Positions 1 to 11,409 of a DNA stretch of 64,000 nucleotides are shown one piece after another. The position numbers were made by a program, and so were the translations under genes. The stretch lies in NCBI GenBank assembly GCA_965198115.1, contig OZ240241.1:1248001-1312000 (forward strand). Reading direction: 5' to 3'. The DNA is from Candidatus Latescibacterota bacterium. GTDB lineage: Bacteria; Latescibacterota; UBA2968. The stretch's first letter is position 1. Each line of letters opens with the position of its first letter. The notes beneath the pieces are model-generated. The model was not told the origin of the DNA. It saw nothing but the letters and a program-made list of their open reading frames with translations, and did not search any database.

Positions 1-1376
1 CCCAGAACCTTTGTCGCCAGAACCATCCCGAACGGAAGACCCGTGTAGAATCGGCCCTCGCCCGCCAGCTCCAGAAACTCGCGATCGGACCCGAACAATA
101 GGCCCTTTTCCTTGAGCGTCAGGTTCACGAGCAGCCCGTCGGAGGGATCGAGGAAATCATCCCGCCGGTCGTTCCGAAAACCGATGGCGTACTCCGTGAA
201 GGCACTATCGGCCTGGAAGTCGATCAGACCCGCAGAGGTATCGAAAAACAGGGTCGTGCGCGTCTGGATGTTCCGCTCGAAGGAGAGATTCCCGCCCAAT
301 TCGGTCTGACGGAACTCCTGTCTCTCTTCCCTCGTGACGAACGTCCTGAAACTCATCCAGTTTCGGGAACCGAACACGTAGGGCTGCCTCAGAGAGAGGG
401 AGGCTTCGTTCTCGATGGCCGACCCGCTCGCCGATAGCGTGAACTGCTGGCCGCCCCCGAAGGCGCTGCGATGGGTCCAGGCCAATCGGCCCTGGAACTG
501 GCTTTCCGTGTCGTAACCCCCGCCGACACGAATCGTTCGTGGGGAGCGCTCCGAAACCTTGACGATCACGGTGACTTCGTCGTCGGTTGCCAGACTGTCG
601 GGCACGTTCAGGACCACCGACCGAAACGCCCCGGAAAGGTAGAGCTGACGCCGACTCTGCCGAAGTTTCCGGGCGGAAAAGGCCTGGGAAGGACGGAACG
701 TCAGGCCTCGAAGGATCGTGTCTTGACCCACCCCCTCGTTCCCCTCGACCTGGGGGAAGGCAAAACGATAGCGATGTCCCGGTTCGATTCGGTAGGTCAC
801 GGTCGCGCGATGGAGCGCCTGGTCCACGTGGGACTGGACGGACACGGTGGCAAACGCGTATCCCGAGTCGCGAACCGCCTGCAGAAGCAGCAACTGATCG
901 GCCTCCAAATCGGGCCGAGCCAAACGACGTCCTGGCTTTGTCGAGAGAGATTTCTTCAATCGCTCGGGTAGGAGCAGACCCTCGACTCCGATCTCCCTTA
1001 CCTCCGTTGGCTGGCCCTCATTGATTAGGTAGGAAACACCGACGCGGCCCGAGCGAGATCGATCGACGACCGTGTCGACACGAGCCCCGAGAAAGCCATC
1101 GTCCCTGTAGAAAGCACGGAGCCTCAACAGGTCCGCACGCACCTTCGCCCGGTTGAGTCGATGCGCGTCCACCCACGGCAGCCAAGAAAAGAAAGATGTG
1201 GCTCGGGTTGAGAGAAGGGGTCTGAGTCGATTCGAGGGGACCGACCGGTTGCCGGAGAGCAAAACCTCGCGGACGACCGGCTGCTCGGTCTGGGCGTTCG
1301 CAGGAATGGAGATGGTGAGGAGAGCCAGTGCTAGGAAATGGGCTGGGGGGATATTGCTTGGGGTCCTAACGGGCAT
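1..1376 (-). CDS. Omp85-family outer membrane protein (TamA/BamA-like), runs off the window edge
   Basis: Manual translation from ATG 1376 gives signal peptide MPVRTPSNIPPAHFLALALLTISIPANA, three POTRA-like repeats (VREVLLSGN...FYRDDGF; DSGYAFA; LYLSGAFRSV) and a barrel entry (GGGYDTE...HRSAFGGGQQF). Not in the ORF track because it has no stop inside the window. Confidence 0.85.
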   Translation of the reverse strand, partial: MPVRTPSNIPPAHFLALALLTISIPANAQTEQPVVREVLLSGNRSVPSNRLRPLLSTRATSFFSWLPWVDAHRLNRAKVRADLLRLRAFYRDDGFLGARVDTVVDRSRSGRVGVSYLINEGQPTEVREIGVEGLLLPERLKKSLSTKPGRRLARPDLEADQLLLLQAVRDSGYAFATVSVQSHVDQALHRATVTYRIEPGHRYRFAFPQVEGNEGVGQDTILRGLTFRPSQAFSARKLRQSRRQLYLSGAFRSVVLNVPDSLATDDEVTVIVKVSERSPRTIRVGGGYDTESQFQGRLAWTHRSAFGGGQQFTLSASGSAIENEASLSLRQPYVFGSRNWMSFRTFVTREERQEFRQTELGGNLSFERNIQTRTTLFFDTSAGLIDFQADSAFTEYAIGFRNDRRDDFLDPSDGLLVNLTLKEKGLLFGSDREFLELAGEGRFYTGLPFGMVLATKVL

Positions 1377-2787
1377 CGTCCACGCGATGCAGCTTGAGCA
1401 GGTTCGTCTCCGCTCGAGCGGTGACGGGCGCGCCGGAAAGAATGACAAGACTGTCACCCACGACGACACTGCCCTCTAGGAGCAGGCGAGCCTCAACTTC
1501 GGCGATCATTTCGTCGGTGTCGTGGGCGGCATCTATCAGCCTCGGCTCGGTTCCCCAACTGAGGCAAAGCTGCCGCCAGATGGATTCGTGAGGCGTAAAA
1601 GCGATGATGGGTGTCTTCGGTCGACGTTTCGAGATGAGCCTCGCCGTGGCGCCCGACTGCGTAAAGGCCACGATCGCCTGGGCACCAACCCCTTGAGCGG
1701 CGGTCGTCGCCGCGTGTCCGATGGCATCGGGGAACGACAGGTGCACCTCACCCCCTCGATTACCCGTCGTGTTCGTGGATGACACGTCTGATTCCGTCTC
1801 CAACACGATGCGGGCCATCATCTGGACCGCCTCCACGGGATACTGACCGACGGCCGTTTCTCCTGACAGCATGACCGCATCGGTTCCGTCGTAGATGGCG
1901 TTGGCCACATCGGATGCTTCCGCGCGGGTCGGCCGTGGATTGGTCGTCATCGATTCCAGCATTTGTGTCGCCGTAATGACGAGAACGCCCGATTCGTTGG
2001 CCCTCGAGATGATTCGCTTTTGAATCGCCGGGACCTGCTCGGGCCGCATCTCCACGCCGAGATCACCCCGGGCGACCATCACGCCATCGGCGACTTCAAG
2101 GATTTCGTCGAGCGCATCGACGGCTTCGGCGCGCTCCAGCTTCGCGATGACGGGCACTTCACCGCCCCACTGACGTGCCTCCCGCTTGACGAGGCCGACG
2201 TCGGCCGGGGCGCGAACGAACGACATTGCGACGAGATCCACGCCGTTTTCGATCCCGAATCGAAGATCCTCCCGGTCTTTCTCCGTGAATGAAGGCGCAC
2301 TCACGGCGATCCCCGGAAGATTGATTCCCTTGTTGGACTTCAGGGCCCCACCGACGACCACTTCACACGTCACTGTCGTTTGAGTGACCGTCGTCACGCT
2401 GAGTTCGATCTGGCCATCATCCAGAAGCAGGCGGTCGGCCCGGGATACATCCTTGGGGAGATCGGAATAGGTCGTCCAGATGCTGTCCGAGGAGGGGTCC
2501 TCGGACGTCGTCAGCGTCATGGTCGACCCGGCGAGGAGTTCTCGTGGTTCGGGGTCGACCTTTCCGACGCGAATCTTGGGTCCCTGGAGGTCCTGGAGAA
2601 TCGCAACGGGGCGACGGAGCTCCTCCTCAACCCGCCGGACCAGATCGATCGTCGCCTGGTGTTCGTCGTAACTGCCGTGGGAAAAATTCAGCCGAACGAC
2701 GTCGAGACCCGCCTCGACCAAGGCGAGTAAGACCTCTTCCGATCGACTCGCGGGTCCCAAAGTGCAGATAATTTTAGCTCGTCTCAC
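1366..2787 (-). CDS. pyk: pyruvate kinase
   Basis: RRAKIICTLGPAS, RLNFSHG, DLQGPKIR, MVARGDLGVE, ATQMLESM, DAVMLSGETAVG. Probable GTG start at 2787. Confidence 0.97.
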   Translation of the reverse strand: MRRAKIICTLGPASRSEEVLLALVEAGLDVVRLNFSHGSYDEHQATIDLVRRVEEELRRPVAILQDLQGPKIRVGKVDPEPRELLAGSTMTLTTSEDPSSDSIWTTYSDLPKDVSRADRLLLDDGQIELSVTTVTQTTVTCEVVVGGALKSNKGINLPGIAVSAPSFTEKDREDLRFGIENGVDLVAMSFVRAPADVGLVKREARQWGGEVPVIAKLERAEAVDALDEILEVADGVMVARGDLGVEMRPEQVPAIQKRIISRANESGVLVITATQMLESMTTNPRPTRAEASDVANAIYDGTDAVMLSGETAVGQYPVEAVQMMARIVLETESDVSSTNTTGNRGGEVHLSFPDAIGHAATTAAQGVGAQAIVAFTQSGATARLISKRRPKTPIIAFTPHESIWRQLCLSWGTEPRLIDAAHDTDEMIAEVEARLLLEGSVVVGDSLVILSGAPVTARAETNLLKLHRVDDAR

Positions 2788-2850
2788 GTTCGTTCCCCAT
2801 CGGAACATAGGTCATAGACCCCTCGTGGCCTACTGATAATCCCGCATACA

Positions 2851-2884
2851 ACGAGGCCCCTCCGCGTGAGCAGAAGGGCCTCGT
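2851..2884 (-). terminator. hairpin downstream of clpB (terminator or stabiliser)
   Basis: ACGAGGCCC...GGGCCTCGT inverted repeat with only a weak U-tract. Confidence 0.5.
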
Positions 2885-2902
2885 GTGGGCGTAAAAAAGG
2901 AT

Positions 2903-5524
2903 CTAGGCCGCCTCTTGCCGTTCGTCTGGGACGGGCTCCTGCACCTCGATATTCAGACCGGATTCACAATGATTGACCACGACCACCGCCCCCTCCGATG
3001 GGGGCTCTCCGATCAGGACCCGGGCAAGCGGTGTTTCCACTTCTCTTTGGATGTAGCGCTTGAGCGGCCTGGCCCCGAGGGTCGGGTCGTAGCCCTCTTG
3101 AGCGATGAACTCAACCACGCCAGGCTCCACCCTCAGGCGGAGTCCACGATCCTCGACTCGGCCTGCGAGTTCTTCGATGAACAGTCCAACTATATCTTGT
3201 ATCTCTCTGCGACTCAATGATTTGAACGTAACAATTTCGTCCACACGGTTCAAGAACTCCGGCCGGAACCGAGCTCTGAGCTGGTCCATCACCCTCCCAA
3301 GAACGTCTTGGGGTATCCCCCCATTCGGCGTAACCCCTTCCAGGAGCTCGGGAGACCCGATGTTCGACGTCATGATAACGACGGTGTTCTTGAAGTCGAC
3401 GGTACGTCCCTGCGCATCGGTCAGGCGACCTTCGTCGAGGAGCTGCAACAGCAAATTGAGCACGTCGCCGTGAGCCTTTTCGACCTCGTCGAACAGAATC
3501 ACTGAATAGGGTTGCCTCCGTATCGCCTCCGTGAGCTGACCACCCTCGTCATAGCCGACATAACCGGGAGGCGCCCCGATCAGGCGTGATACCGTGTGTC
3601 TTTCCATGTATTCGCTCATATCGATCCTGACCGTGTAATCCTCGCTGTCGAACAGAGCCCACGCCAAGGTTCGAGCCAGTTCCGTCTTCCCCACACCCGT
3701 CGGGCCAAGGAACACGAACGACCCGATAGGACGTCGCGGATCCTTGATGCCCGCTCTCGCCCGAATCACGGCGTCGGCGACTCGAGAAACGGCTTCTTCC
3801 TGGCCGATTACCCGTTCGTGCAGTAACTCGTCGAGACGAAGTAGTTTTTCGCGTTCTCCTTCGACAAGACGCGTGACCGGGATGCCCGTCCATCGTGAGA
3901 CGATCTCGGCGACCTCAGAGTCGGTCACATTTTCTCTCAGCATCCTTTTCTTATCCGAAGCGGCGTCTTCGGTCTCCTCCATCGCCCTCTCGAGTTCGGG
4001 CAGTCGACCGTGCTTCAGTTCGGCCGCTCGGTTCAGATCGTAGCTACGCTCGGCGGTCTCGATCTCGCGTCTGACCTCTTCAATCTGCTCCCTCAAGGTG
4101 CGGATTTCTTCCAGAGCAGCCTTTTCGGTCTCCCAGCGAGCGCGCATTTCTTCCTTTCTCGTTCGAAGATCGGCGAGGTCCTTTCTGAGCTCTTCCAGGC
4201 GCGTCTGGCTAGCCTTATCCCTTTCGTTCTTGAGTGCCGCCTCCTCGATTTCGAGCTGCATGACGCGGCGGGTCGATTCATCCAGCTCTGCCGGCATAGA
4301 ATCGATCTCGGTCCTGACCATCGCGCACGCCTCATCGACCAGATCGATCGCTTTGTCGGGCAGAAAGCGGTCAGAGATGTAACGATCCGAAAGGACTGCC
4401 GCACTCACCAAGGCATTGTCCTGTATTCCCACACCGTGGTGCAGCTCGAATCGCTCTCGAACACCACGGAGGATGGAGATCGTGTCCTCTACCGTCGCGG
4501 CACCGACCAGGACCGGTTGGAAGCGTCGTTCCAAAGCGGCGTCCTTTTCAATTCGCTGACGGTGCTCGTCAAGTGTTGTAGCCCCGATACAGTGAAGCTC
4601 TCCACGCGCCAGCGACGGCTTGAGCAGATTCCCCGCGTCGGTCGATCCTTCGGTCCTCCCCGCCCCTACGATGTTGTGCACTTCGTCGATGAACAGCAGG
4701 ATGCGACCTTCGCTGGCTTTGACCTCTTGCAGAACGGCCTTAAGACGTTCCTCGAACTCACCACGAAACTTCGCCCCCGCGAGGAGCGCGCCCAGATCGA
4801 GTGAGAAGATGACACGGTTTTTCAGCCATTCAGGCACGTCCCCATTCACGATCCTTTGAGCCAATCCCTCGACGATGGCCGTCTTCCCCACACCCGGTTC
4901 GCCGATGAGCACGGGGTTGTTCTTCGTTTTTCTCGATAGAATCCGTATAACTCGACGGATTTCCACATCTCTTCCGATCACCGGATCCAGTTTCCCGGCA
5001 CGGGCTTCAGCCACGAGATCGACGCCATACTTCCCAAGGGCGTCATAGGACCCCTCGGGGGTGGAGCTGGTGACCCGCTGGTTTCCCCTAACAGCGGTGA
5101 GCCGAGCCAGAAAAGCATCTCGTGTGACGCCCAGCGGCGTAAGTCGTGCTTCGATCCGACCGTCTGAGAGGAGAGAAAGAAAAAGATGCTCCACGGACAC
5201 ATATTCATCCCGAAGCCGACCAGCCTCATCTTCGGATTTCGTCAATACCGTCTGCAGGGCCTGGGTGACGTAGACCCTTCCGGCCTCAACCCCGCCACCG
5301 CCGACCCTCGGGAGACGGGCGACCTCTTCTTCGGCCACCTCGATCACTCGGCGCACATCGACGTCCATTCGCCCGAGCACCGCCGGAACCAGCCCCTCGT
5401 CCTGTTCCAGGAGGGCCACCAGTAGGTGTGAGAGATCGACCTCCTGGTTTCCCGATCGAACCGCCCGAGACTGAGCGGCCTGGATAGCCTCCTGGGATCG
5501 TTCTGTGAGTTTAGACGCGTTCAT
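2903..5524 (-). CDS. clpB: ATP-dependent chaperone ClpB
   Basis: Two Walker A motifs ([16 protein letters not shown]), [19 protein letters not shown] and a coiled-coil middle domain. ATG at 5524. Confidence 0.97.
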   Translation of the reverse strand: MNASKLTERSQEAIQAAQSRAVRSGNQEVDLSHLLVALLEQDEGLVPAVLGRMDVDVRRVIEVAEEEVARLPRVGGGGVEAGRVYVTQALQTVLTKSEDEAGRLRDEYVSVEHLFLSLLSDGRIEARLTPLGVTRDAFLARLTAVRGNQRVTSSTPEGSYDALGKYGVDLVAEARAGKLDPVIGRDVEIRRVIRILSRKTKNNPVLIGEPGVGKTAIVEGLAQRIVNGDVPEWLKNRVIFSLDLGALLAGAKFRGEFEERLKAVLQEVKASEGRILLFIDEVHNIVGAGRTEGSTDAGNLLKPSLARGELHCIGATTLDEHRQRIEKDAALERRFQPVLVGAATVEDTISILRGVRERFELHHGVGIQDNALVSAAVLSDRYISDRFLPDKAIDLVDEACAMVRTEIDSMPAELDESTRRVMQLEIEEAALKNERDKASQTRLEELRKDLADLRTRKEEMRARWETEKAALEEIRTLREQIEEVRREIETAERSYDLNRAAELKHGRLPELERAMEETEDAASDKKRMLRENVTDSEVAEIVSRWTGIPVTRLVEGEREKLLRLDELLHERVIGQEEAVSRVADAVIRARAGIKDPRRPIGSFVFLGPTGVGKTELARTLAWALFDSEDYTVRIDMSEYMERHTVSRLIGAPPGYVGYDEGGQLTEAIRRQPYSVILFDEVEKAHGDVLNLLLQLLDEGRLTDAQGRTVDFKNTVVIMTSNIGSPELLEGVTPNGGIPQDVLGRVMDQLRARFRPEFLNRVDEIVTFKSLSRREIQDIVGLFIEELAGRVEDRGLRLRVEPGVVEFIAQEGYDPTLGARPLKRYIQREVETPLARVLIGEPPSEGAVVVVNHCESGLNIEVQEPVPDERQEAA

Positions 5525-6500
5525 CCGAATACTCCTTCCCACTTCCCGAGGGGATCGAGGCATGCGATACGCGCTCTAACCCCTCGTAGAGTTCTCTTTC
5601 TTGAGCGGACAATGTTTTCTGCATCACGATCCTGAATTCGACATACAGATCGCCCGTGCACCCGGAGGCGGGAAATCCCTTGCCCCGAACACGCACGACA
5701 TCCCCGGAGGATGTGCCTTCAGGGACACGTATCCGCACACGGTCGACCAGTGTTTCGACGATGACCTCTCCGCCGAGAGCGGCCTGCCAGGGCTCGATGC
5801 TCGCGGTTGCGAACAGATCGCACCCCTCGAGCCGGAGATGCTCGCTCGGGACCACCTGAACACGGAGATAGAGATCGCCCGGTGCCATCGATCCGATACC
5901 CTTCCCCCCTTGCCCCGTCATCCGGATTCTTTCTCCGTGACGGGTGCCCGCGGGGATCTTGACCGTGTAGGTCGTTCGATGACCCGTTCGGGGGTCCACC
6001 TTAGTCACCTGTTTCTGTCCCCCGAGGGCGGCTTCTTCCAAGGTCACCTGAATCGTCGACTCCTGATCTTCACCCCGTCGACCAGTCCAGCTGAACGTGC
6101 CTCCCGAATCGAAGCTCCCGTGGTAGGTAGACATAGGTTGAGCGAATTCTTCGAAACCAGAATTCGAAAAGTGAGCTTCCCTCCCGAACAGATGCTCCAG
6201 AATGTCGAAAAAGCTCCCAAACTCGGCCGCATTGAACCCTTCTCCAAACTGCACGCCGCCCCCACCCCGCTCGTGTCTCGCCTGCCATGCGTCTCCATAC
6301 CGATCGTAGCGTGCCCGTTTTTCAGGATCCTTGAGTACATGGTATGCCTCCCCGATGTCCTTGAACCGGGCCTCGGCGTCCTTTTCCTTGCTGACGTCGG
6401 GATGATACCGTCTGGCCAGATCACGATAGGTCTTCCGGATCTCCTCTTGTGTGGCGGTCTTGGGAAGCCCGAGAATGGTGTAGTAATCCTTGAAGTCCAT
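5511..6500 (-). CDS. DnaJ class B / CbpA-like co-chaperone
   Basis: MDFKDYY...YHPD J-domain, G/F-rich region and DnaJ C-terminal domain, with no zinc finger. Confidence 0.93.
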   Translation of the reverse strand: MDFKDYYTILGLPKTATQEEIRKTYRDLARRYHPDVSKEKDAEARFKDIGEAYHVLKDPEKRARYDRYGDAWQARHERGGGGVQFGEGFNAAEFGSFFDILEHLFGREAHFSNSGFEEFAQPMSTYHGSFDSGGTFSWTGRRGEDQESTIQVTLEEAALGGQKQVTKVDPRTGHRTTYTVKIPAGTRHGERIRMTGQGGKGIGSMAPGDLYLRVQVVPSEHLRLEGCDLFATASIEPWQAALGGEVIVETLVDRVRIRVPEGTSSGDVVRVRGKGFPASGCTGDLYVEFRIVMQKTLSAQERELYEGLERVSHASIPSGSGKEYSDERV

Positions 6501-6583
6501 GGTTTGCCGTTCATAGAAAGAGCCACGCGAGCATCGTCGCGTGGCCCGATCGTGCAAGCAAGGTTGGTCTGCCGCGTTGGGTG

Positions 6584-7009
6584 TCAGGCAACCTTCACAT
6601 CGATGCTTTTCGGCCTGGCTGCTTCGGCCTTGGGCACGCTCAGGGTCAGCACGCCATCACGGTAGGTCGCCGTGATCTTGTCGACTTCGATTTGCTCGCC
6701 GACGCGGAATGACCGACTGAACGCCCCGTAGGTCCGCTCCGATCGCTTAACGTTCTTGCTCTTGGAATCGGAAAATCGACTCCGCTCACCCTTGATCGTC
6801 AACGTTCCGTTCTCGACCGTGACCGAAATCTCTTCCTTCTTCACGCCCGGCAGATCCGCGTGAACATCGAAGCGATCTTCGTGCTCTTCGATGTCGACGC
6901 GTGGATTAAGAGCGGACCCGCCAGCGTTCCAATCTCCCCAGACCGAATTCAAAAGACTGTCAATCTCACGATCCAGGCTCGAGGGATGCCATTTTACCAA
7001 CATTTCCAT
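6584..7009 (-). CDS. Hsp20/alpha-crystallin small heat-shock protein
   Basis: PRVDIEE...DLPGVKKEEI...ERTYGAFSRSF...YRDGVLTLSVPK. GGAGG RBS. Confidence 0.95.
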   Translation of the reverse strand: MEMLVKWHPSSLDREIDSLLNSVWGDWNAGGSALNPRVDIEEHEDRFDVHADLPGVKKEEISVTVENGTLTIKGERSRFSDSKSKNVKRSERTYGAFSRSFRVGEQIEVDKITATYRDGVLTLSVPKAEAARPKSIDVKVA

Positions 7010-7064
7010 TCACCTCCGTTGCAGGTTCTTATCTGTTCCCCTCTCTGGGGTCGGTCCAACCTTT

Positions 7065-7081
7065 TGCAAGCACCATACCAG
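7065..7081 (-). promoter_or_regulatory. sigma54 -24/-12 promoter of hsp20-dnaJ-clpB
   Basis: Minus strand CTGGTATGGTGCTTGCA fits GG-N10-GC, ~55 nt upstream of the ATG. Confidence 0.75.
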
Positions 7082-7098
7082 AAACCCCATACGGATCA

Positions 7099-7213
7099 TA
7101 AGTAATTGATAATTCACAGCTTGATTTGAATAAGACCGAACCAGCTACTCCGCTTCAGCGCCAAACTGGCATTGAAAATCACCGCCAATATCGCTCGCTT
7201 GTGCCAATTTGGC
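7099..7213 (-). promoter_or_regulatory. IHF site plus palindromic activator (UAS-like) boxes
   Basis: TATCAATTACTTA (7099-7111, minus) fits WATCAA-N4-TTR. Palindromic boxes GCCAAACTGGC 7160-7170 and GCCAATTTGGC 7203-7213, with a weaker GCCAATATCGC 7184-7194. Confidence 0.6.
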
Positions 7214-7271
7214 TTATATCTGCACCGAGCGAACGGGCAGGTGCATCGATCACGCCTGCCGGCTGGTCAAG

Positions 7272-9752
7272 TCAATCCATCGCTCTTCGTCTGATTTCGG
7301 CCTGCGCCTCCCCGAAGAGGGCAATAAGCCTGCTGCGGACGTTTTCGTCCCGGAATACGCCGATCCGCTCGGCCCAGGAAATGCCCCCCTCCATGTGAGT
7401 CAATAAATATTGACCATCGGTCTCAACGAAAGGATGCCGACCACCGACGTTCAGGTAAATCGGTGATGAGTGAGCCATGACCGGCCCAGCGTCGGTGATG
7501 TATTCACCCCAGCAACGTGCGACAACCCAGCAAGGTGCCGAAACGTCAAGATCGAACTGGACCGTCGCGGTCCGTCGGTCCCCATCCGCATACTCTCTTG
7601 CCGATCGTTCGCCATTCACGATCAGCTCGACCGCCGTCAGGGGCCAGACACTTTCGGCCGTTGCCACGACCTCCACCCTACCGCCATTGCCCGGCAGATC
7701 TATTTCCTGGCCCATCACAGCCCCGTCCACACGCAGATCGATCATTGCCCCCGTGGAGGCGAAGGTCGTTCCGTTTCGAACCGCCTGACACCAGTTGTCG
7801 AACGTGAATGCTTCGTCTTCCCGCAGCTTTGCGTAGGTGCGGGATCCCCCCAGGATCCGACCGTTGCTCATCTTGTCGGTACCACCGACGATCGGCAGCT
7901 TCTGGCCCGCGTTCAGCCACCGATAGTAGCCACGTTCGCCTTGCCCGATCTCTTCCCCGAGCCAGACCCAGCACATCTCCGCCGCATCGGCCTGCCCCAG
8001 AACGATGTTTGCCGCATTTTCGAAATCGGGCACTGGCATATGAGGCATGATGACGAGCCCACCCTGACGACGACACGCCTCCGACCAGTCCGCCATCAGC
8101 GTCTGGATCTCGCCTCCTACCCAGTCTTCCTGGGGACCCCCCGTACAGATGGGGGCGACCATTTCCTTCAGTCCCAGCAGACTGATGTGTCCCAGGACGT
8201 GCTGCCGGTTCTCCTGGCTCACCCAAATCTTGTGAAAGTCGCTGCTCGTCGGAGAGAGGCCCCCCGAAAACTCCTCCCAACTCGTGAAGAGCCGACCCCA
8301 TTGGCTGACGAGCAGGTTCACGACGTTCAGATCCTCGGCCTCTGCCTCCAGGTGGCTCGACTGCGCCGTGAGGAAGTGAACGTGCGTATCGCCCGAATAA
8401 AACCCACGTTTCTTCATGTCGAAGGCACGCCGGATGGCGAGGGACAGTTCGCGCTGCCCGGGCTTGATCTCGACCAGGCTGCGTAGCGGAACGTACTCGA
8501 AGCCGCGCACGACTTCGATGTAAACCGGCCCGATGGGCAACTCGATCTGGCACGTCCCATCGATATAGGCGTAGGGGACTCCCTCGTCCCGCACCCTGCA
8601 GTCGCCACCCATATCTTCGAACCACGCAACATTCACATCCGCCTGGTGTCCGTGCGGCGCGAAGTAGGCGCCCTGCGGCGATCTGAAATGCACGCGACAG
8701 CCCGTCGGCCGGCCTGTTGCGTCGTCCGTCACGCGCACGTGCACCCACTGCTTCCCGTGGGGCGATACCATCTCCACGTGCACGGGCCCGGACGTCACAC
8801 TTTTTTCCCTCAGGACCTCGCCCCAGCGGACGGACGCCTTTGCCTTCCCCTCAGCTCCGATTTCGAGCACGGCGTGCTCAGAGGCGTGAATCTCCAGATA
8901 GCCGTCCTGGTCTATCTCCTCGTCTCCCCCCCACCCCGTCTCATCCGTCGTCAGAAAGTCGGCACGTGGTCTGAACAGCACGTCTTGCCGCGCGATAACC
9001 CCGCGCTCCACCGACACCTCGGGCGCCGCGTCGGTGTCGGTGACCGTGACGGCCACTTCTTCACGCGGTGGCCAAACGAAGGGATCGCCCTCTTCGTTGC
9101 ACAGCGTGATCGCGCCGAGCAACATGGGTGTATCCGTTTCGGCGACCCAATTGATCCGATCGATCACGCTATCAGGTCTGTCGTTTACCCAGTCGTAAAC
9201 CCACCACCCATCCAGGTCGCCGCTGGCTTTCGTCACGCCCGTTTGCGCTCTCCCCCAGGCGCCCGTCCTGTCGTCGAAACTCACCGGCTCGAACTCACGA
9301 CAATGGCGACACTCGAAGGGATGGTGTCCCCAGGGTATCGTCACGTCGTGTATTTCAAACCTTCGACGCAGCACGATTTCGGCGGTCGTCCCATCCTTGT
9401 AGGTCACGTCATAGCGACCCAATCGCTCAGCCACTCCTTCGAGCGTCGATCCATCGCAACCTTGAGGGGCGGACACGTGCGCGAAGAGAACCCTACGTGC
9501 AACGTCATCGATCGGTAACTCGACATTTGAAACGCCGCCATCGCGTACACACACGAAACGGTCGCCGTCTCCCGTGCCCAGTTCGAAAGGGACACCCCAG
9601 AAGCGCTCCCTCCCAGAAGGCAGATCCGCGAGGACCGTCCGCGTGGGATCTCCGCCCCTGTAGGGCCACCAGTAGCCTGCGCCCGTCTGGATATTATCGG
9701 GACCCGCGTTGTAGGCCGTCGACAAATCGACGGCCTCGAATGCATCACCCAT
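7272..9752 (-). CDS. CehA/McbA-family PHP-like metallohydrolase with long N-terminal extension
   Basis: YSGDTHVHF, QENRQHVLGHISLLG, IMPH, GGTDKMS, C-terminal AHSSPIY. Confidence 0.8.
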   Translation of the reverse strand: MGDAFEAVDLSTAYNAGPDNIQTGAGYWWPYRGGDPTRTVLADLPSGRERFWGVPFELGTGDGDRFVCVRDGGVSNVELPIDDVARRVLFAHVSAPQGCDGSTLEGVAERLGRYDVTYKDGTTAEIVLRRRFEIHDVTIPWGHHPFECRHCREFEPVSFDDRTGAWGRAQTGVTKASGDLDGWWVYDWVNDRPDSVIDRINWVAETDTPMLLGAITLCNEEGDPFVWPPREEVAVTVTDTDAAPEVSVERGVIARQDVLFRPRADFLTTDETGWGGDEEIDQDGYLEIHASEHAVLEIGAEGKAKASVRWGEVLREKSVTSGPVHVEMVSPHGKQWVHVRVTDDATGRPTGCRVHFRSPQGAYFAPHGHQADVNVAWFEDMGGDCRVRDEGVPYAYIDGTCQIELPIGPVYIEVVRGFEYVPLRSLVEIKPGQRELSLAIRRAFDMKKRGFYSGDTHVHFLTAQSSHLEAEAEDLNVVNLLVSQWGRLFTSWEEFSGGLSPTSSDFHKIWVSQENRQHVLGHISLLGLKEMVAPICTGGPQEDWVGGEIQTLMADWSEACRRQGGLVIMPHMPVPDFENAANIVLGQADAAEMCWVWLGEEIGQGERGYYRWLNAGQKLPIVGGTDKMSNGRILGGSRTYAKLREDEAFTFDNWCQAVRNGTTFASTGAMIDLRVDGAVMGQEIDLPGNGGRVEVVATAESVWPLTAVELIVNGERSAREYADGDRRTATVQFDLDVSAPCWVVARCWGEYITDAGPVMAHSSPIYLNVGGRHPFVETDGQYLLTHMEGGISWAERIGVFRDENVRSRLIALFGEAQAEIRRRAMD

Positions 9753-11409
9753 GTCGATTTCCTCCGATCAGGCCTTGAGGGTGCGTGTCTGCTCAAGAGG
9801 AATCAAGATCGCGAAAGACGGGCACCGTGCCAAAAGGTTCCATTCGCCGGTAGCTGACAGACCTCTCGTTCTGTTTGGCTGGGTAGCGTTCGATTTCTTA
9901 TCTTCGCAGGCAGTATCGAAGTCGGGATCCACTTCCTGTCGCATCGGTGCTTAACGAGGCCTACGTATGGGTTTCTTCGACGATTTTTCAATCAAGCGTA
10001 AACTGAATCTGATCATCATGCTGACGAGCAGCATCGCTCTGATTCTGGCGTGCACGGTGTTCCTCGCGTATGACCGCTACACCTACAAGCAGTCGGTCCA
10101 CCGAGAACTGGAGACCCTGGCGGATGTGGTCGCAGCGGGGACCCGCGGGGCCTTGGCAGAGAACAGCACTGGCGAAGCCTTGGAAACGCTCCAGACGCTC
10201 AGCTCTCAGTCCAACGTCCTATCAGCAGCCGTCATCAAACCAGACGGTGAAGTCCTCGCCTCATACCACAGAAACGACGCGACCGTCACCATCCCAGAGC
10301 CCGATCTGGAGCGTCTCTTCCAGCTGGGAGACCACGCGATCACGCTCTTTCATCCCGTCAGGCGGGACGGCGAACAGATCGGTGTCGTCTTCCTCGAAGC
10401 CGACCTGACCGAGCAACAGCAGCGGGAAAACCGCTTCGTCATCATCGTACTTGTGATCCTCGGCGGCTCTTTCCTCGTCGTCTACGGGGTCGCATCCGGT
10501 GTCCAGCGCATTATCTCGGGTCCCATCCTACAACTCACCGACGTGGCCAGACGGATTTCGCACAACCGGGACTACTCGGTTCGCGCCGTCAAGACGACGG
10601 AAGATGAAGTCGGCATTCTGATCGACGGCTTCAACGACATGCTGACGGACATTCAGGAGCGAGACGCCGCCCTTCAGCAAGCCAAGGACGAGCTCGAACT
10701 GCGGGTCGAAGAGCGAACACGGGATCTGATCGAAACGAACGAACAGCTGAGAAGAGAAGTCGCCGAGCGGCAGCGCACCGAGGCGGTTCTGAGGGAGCGG
10801 GAAGAACAGCTGAGACAGGCACAAAAGATGGAAGCGATCGGCCGACTCGCCGGGGGCGTCGCTCACGATTTCAACAACCAGCTCGCCATCATCCAGGGCT
10901 ACATGGACATGGCTCTGGAAGACGTCTCCAAAGACTTCAGAATCCACCAGTATCTGACGCAGGCGTGCAAGGTGATCGACAAGTCGACAGCGTTGATCGA
11001 CCAGCTGCTCATGTTCAGCAGCAAACAACCGATGGACAAACGTCCGCTCGAGATGAACCACCACGTCATCGACCTGCAAAAGATGATGAGCCGGCTGCTC
11101 GGGGAAGACATCGAAGTCACACTCGACCTGCAGGACGATCTATGGGGCGTGGAGGCCGACCCGGCGAATATCGACCAGGTCATTTCAAACTTGTTCGTCA
11201 ACGCCCGCGACGCGATGCCGTCGGGTGGAGTCCTGGCCATCAAGACGCGCAAAGTCGAAATCGACGAGGCATTCTGTTTGCAATGGCCCGAGGCACGGAA
11301 CGGTAACTTCATCCAGCTCTCGATCAAGGACACGGGCGTCGGTATGACGGAAGAAGTCCGTGCCCATGGCCGTCCTGCTCGAGCAACTGAAGGATGCGCT
11401 GGAGCGTCG

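Noticed and set aside
9815-9832. sigma54 promoter for the CehA/McbA gene (TTGGCACGGTGCCCGT)
   Set aside because: The -24 box is good but the -12 GC is missing.
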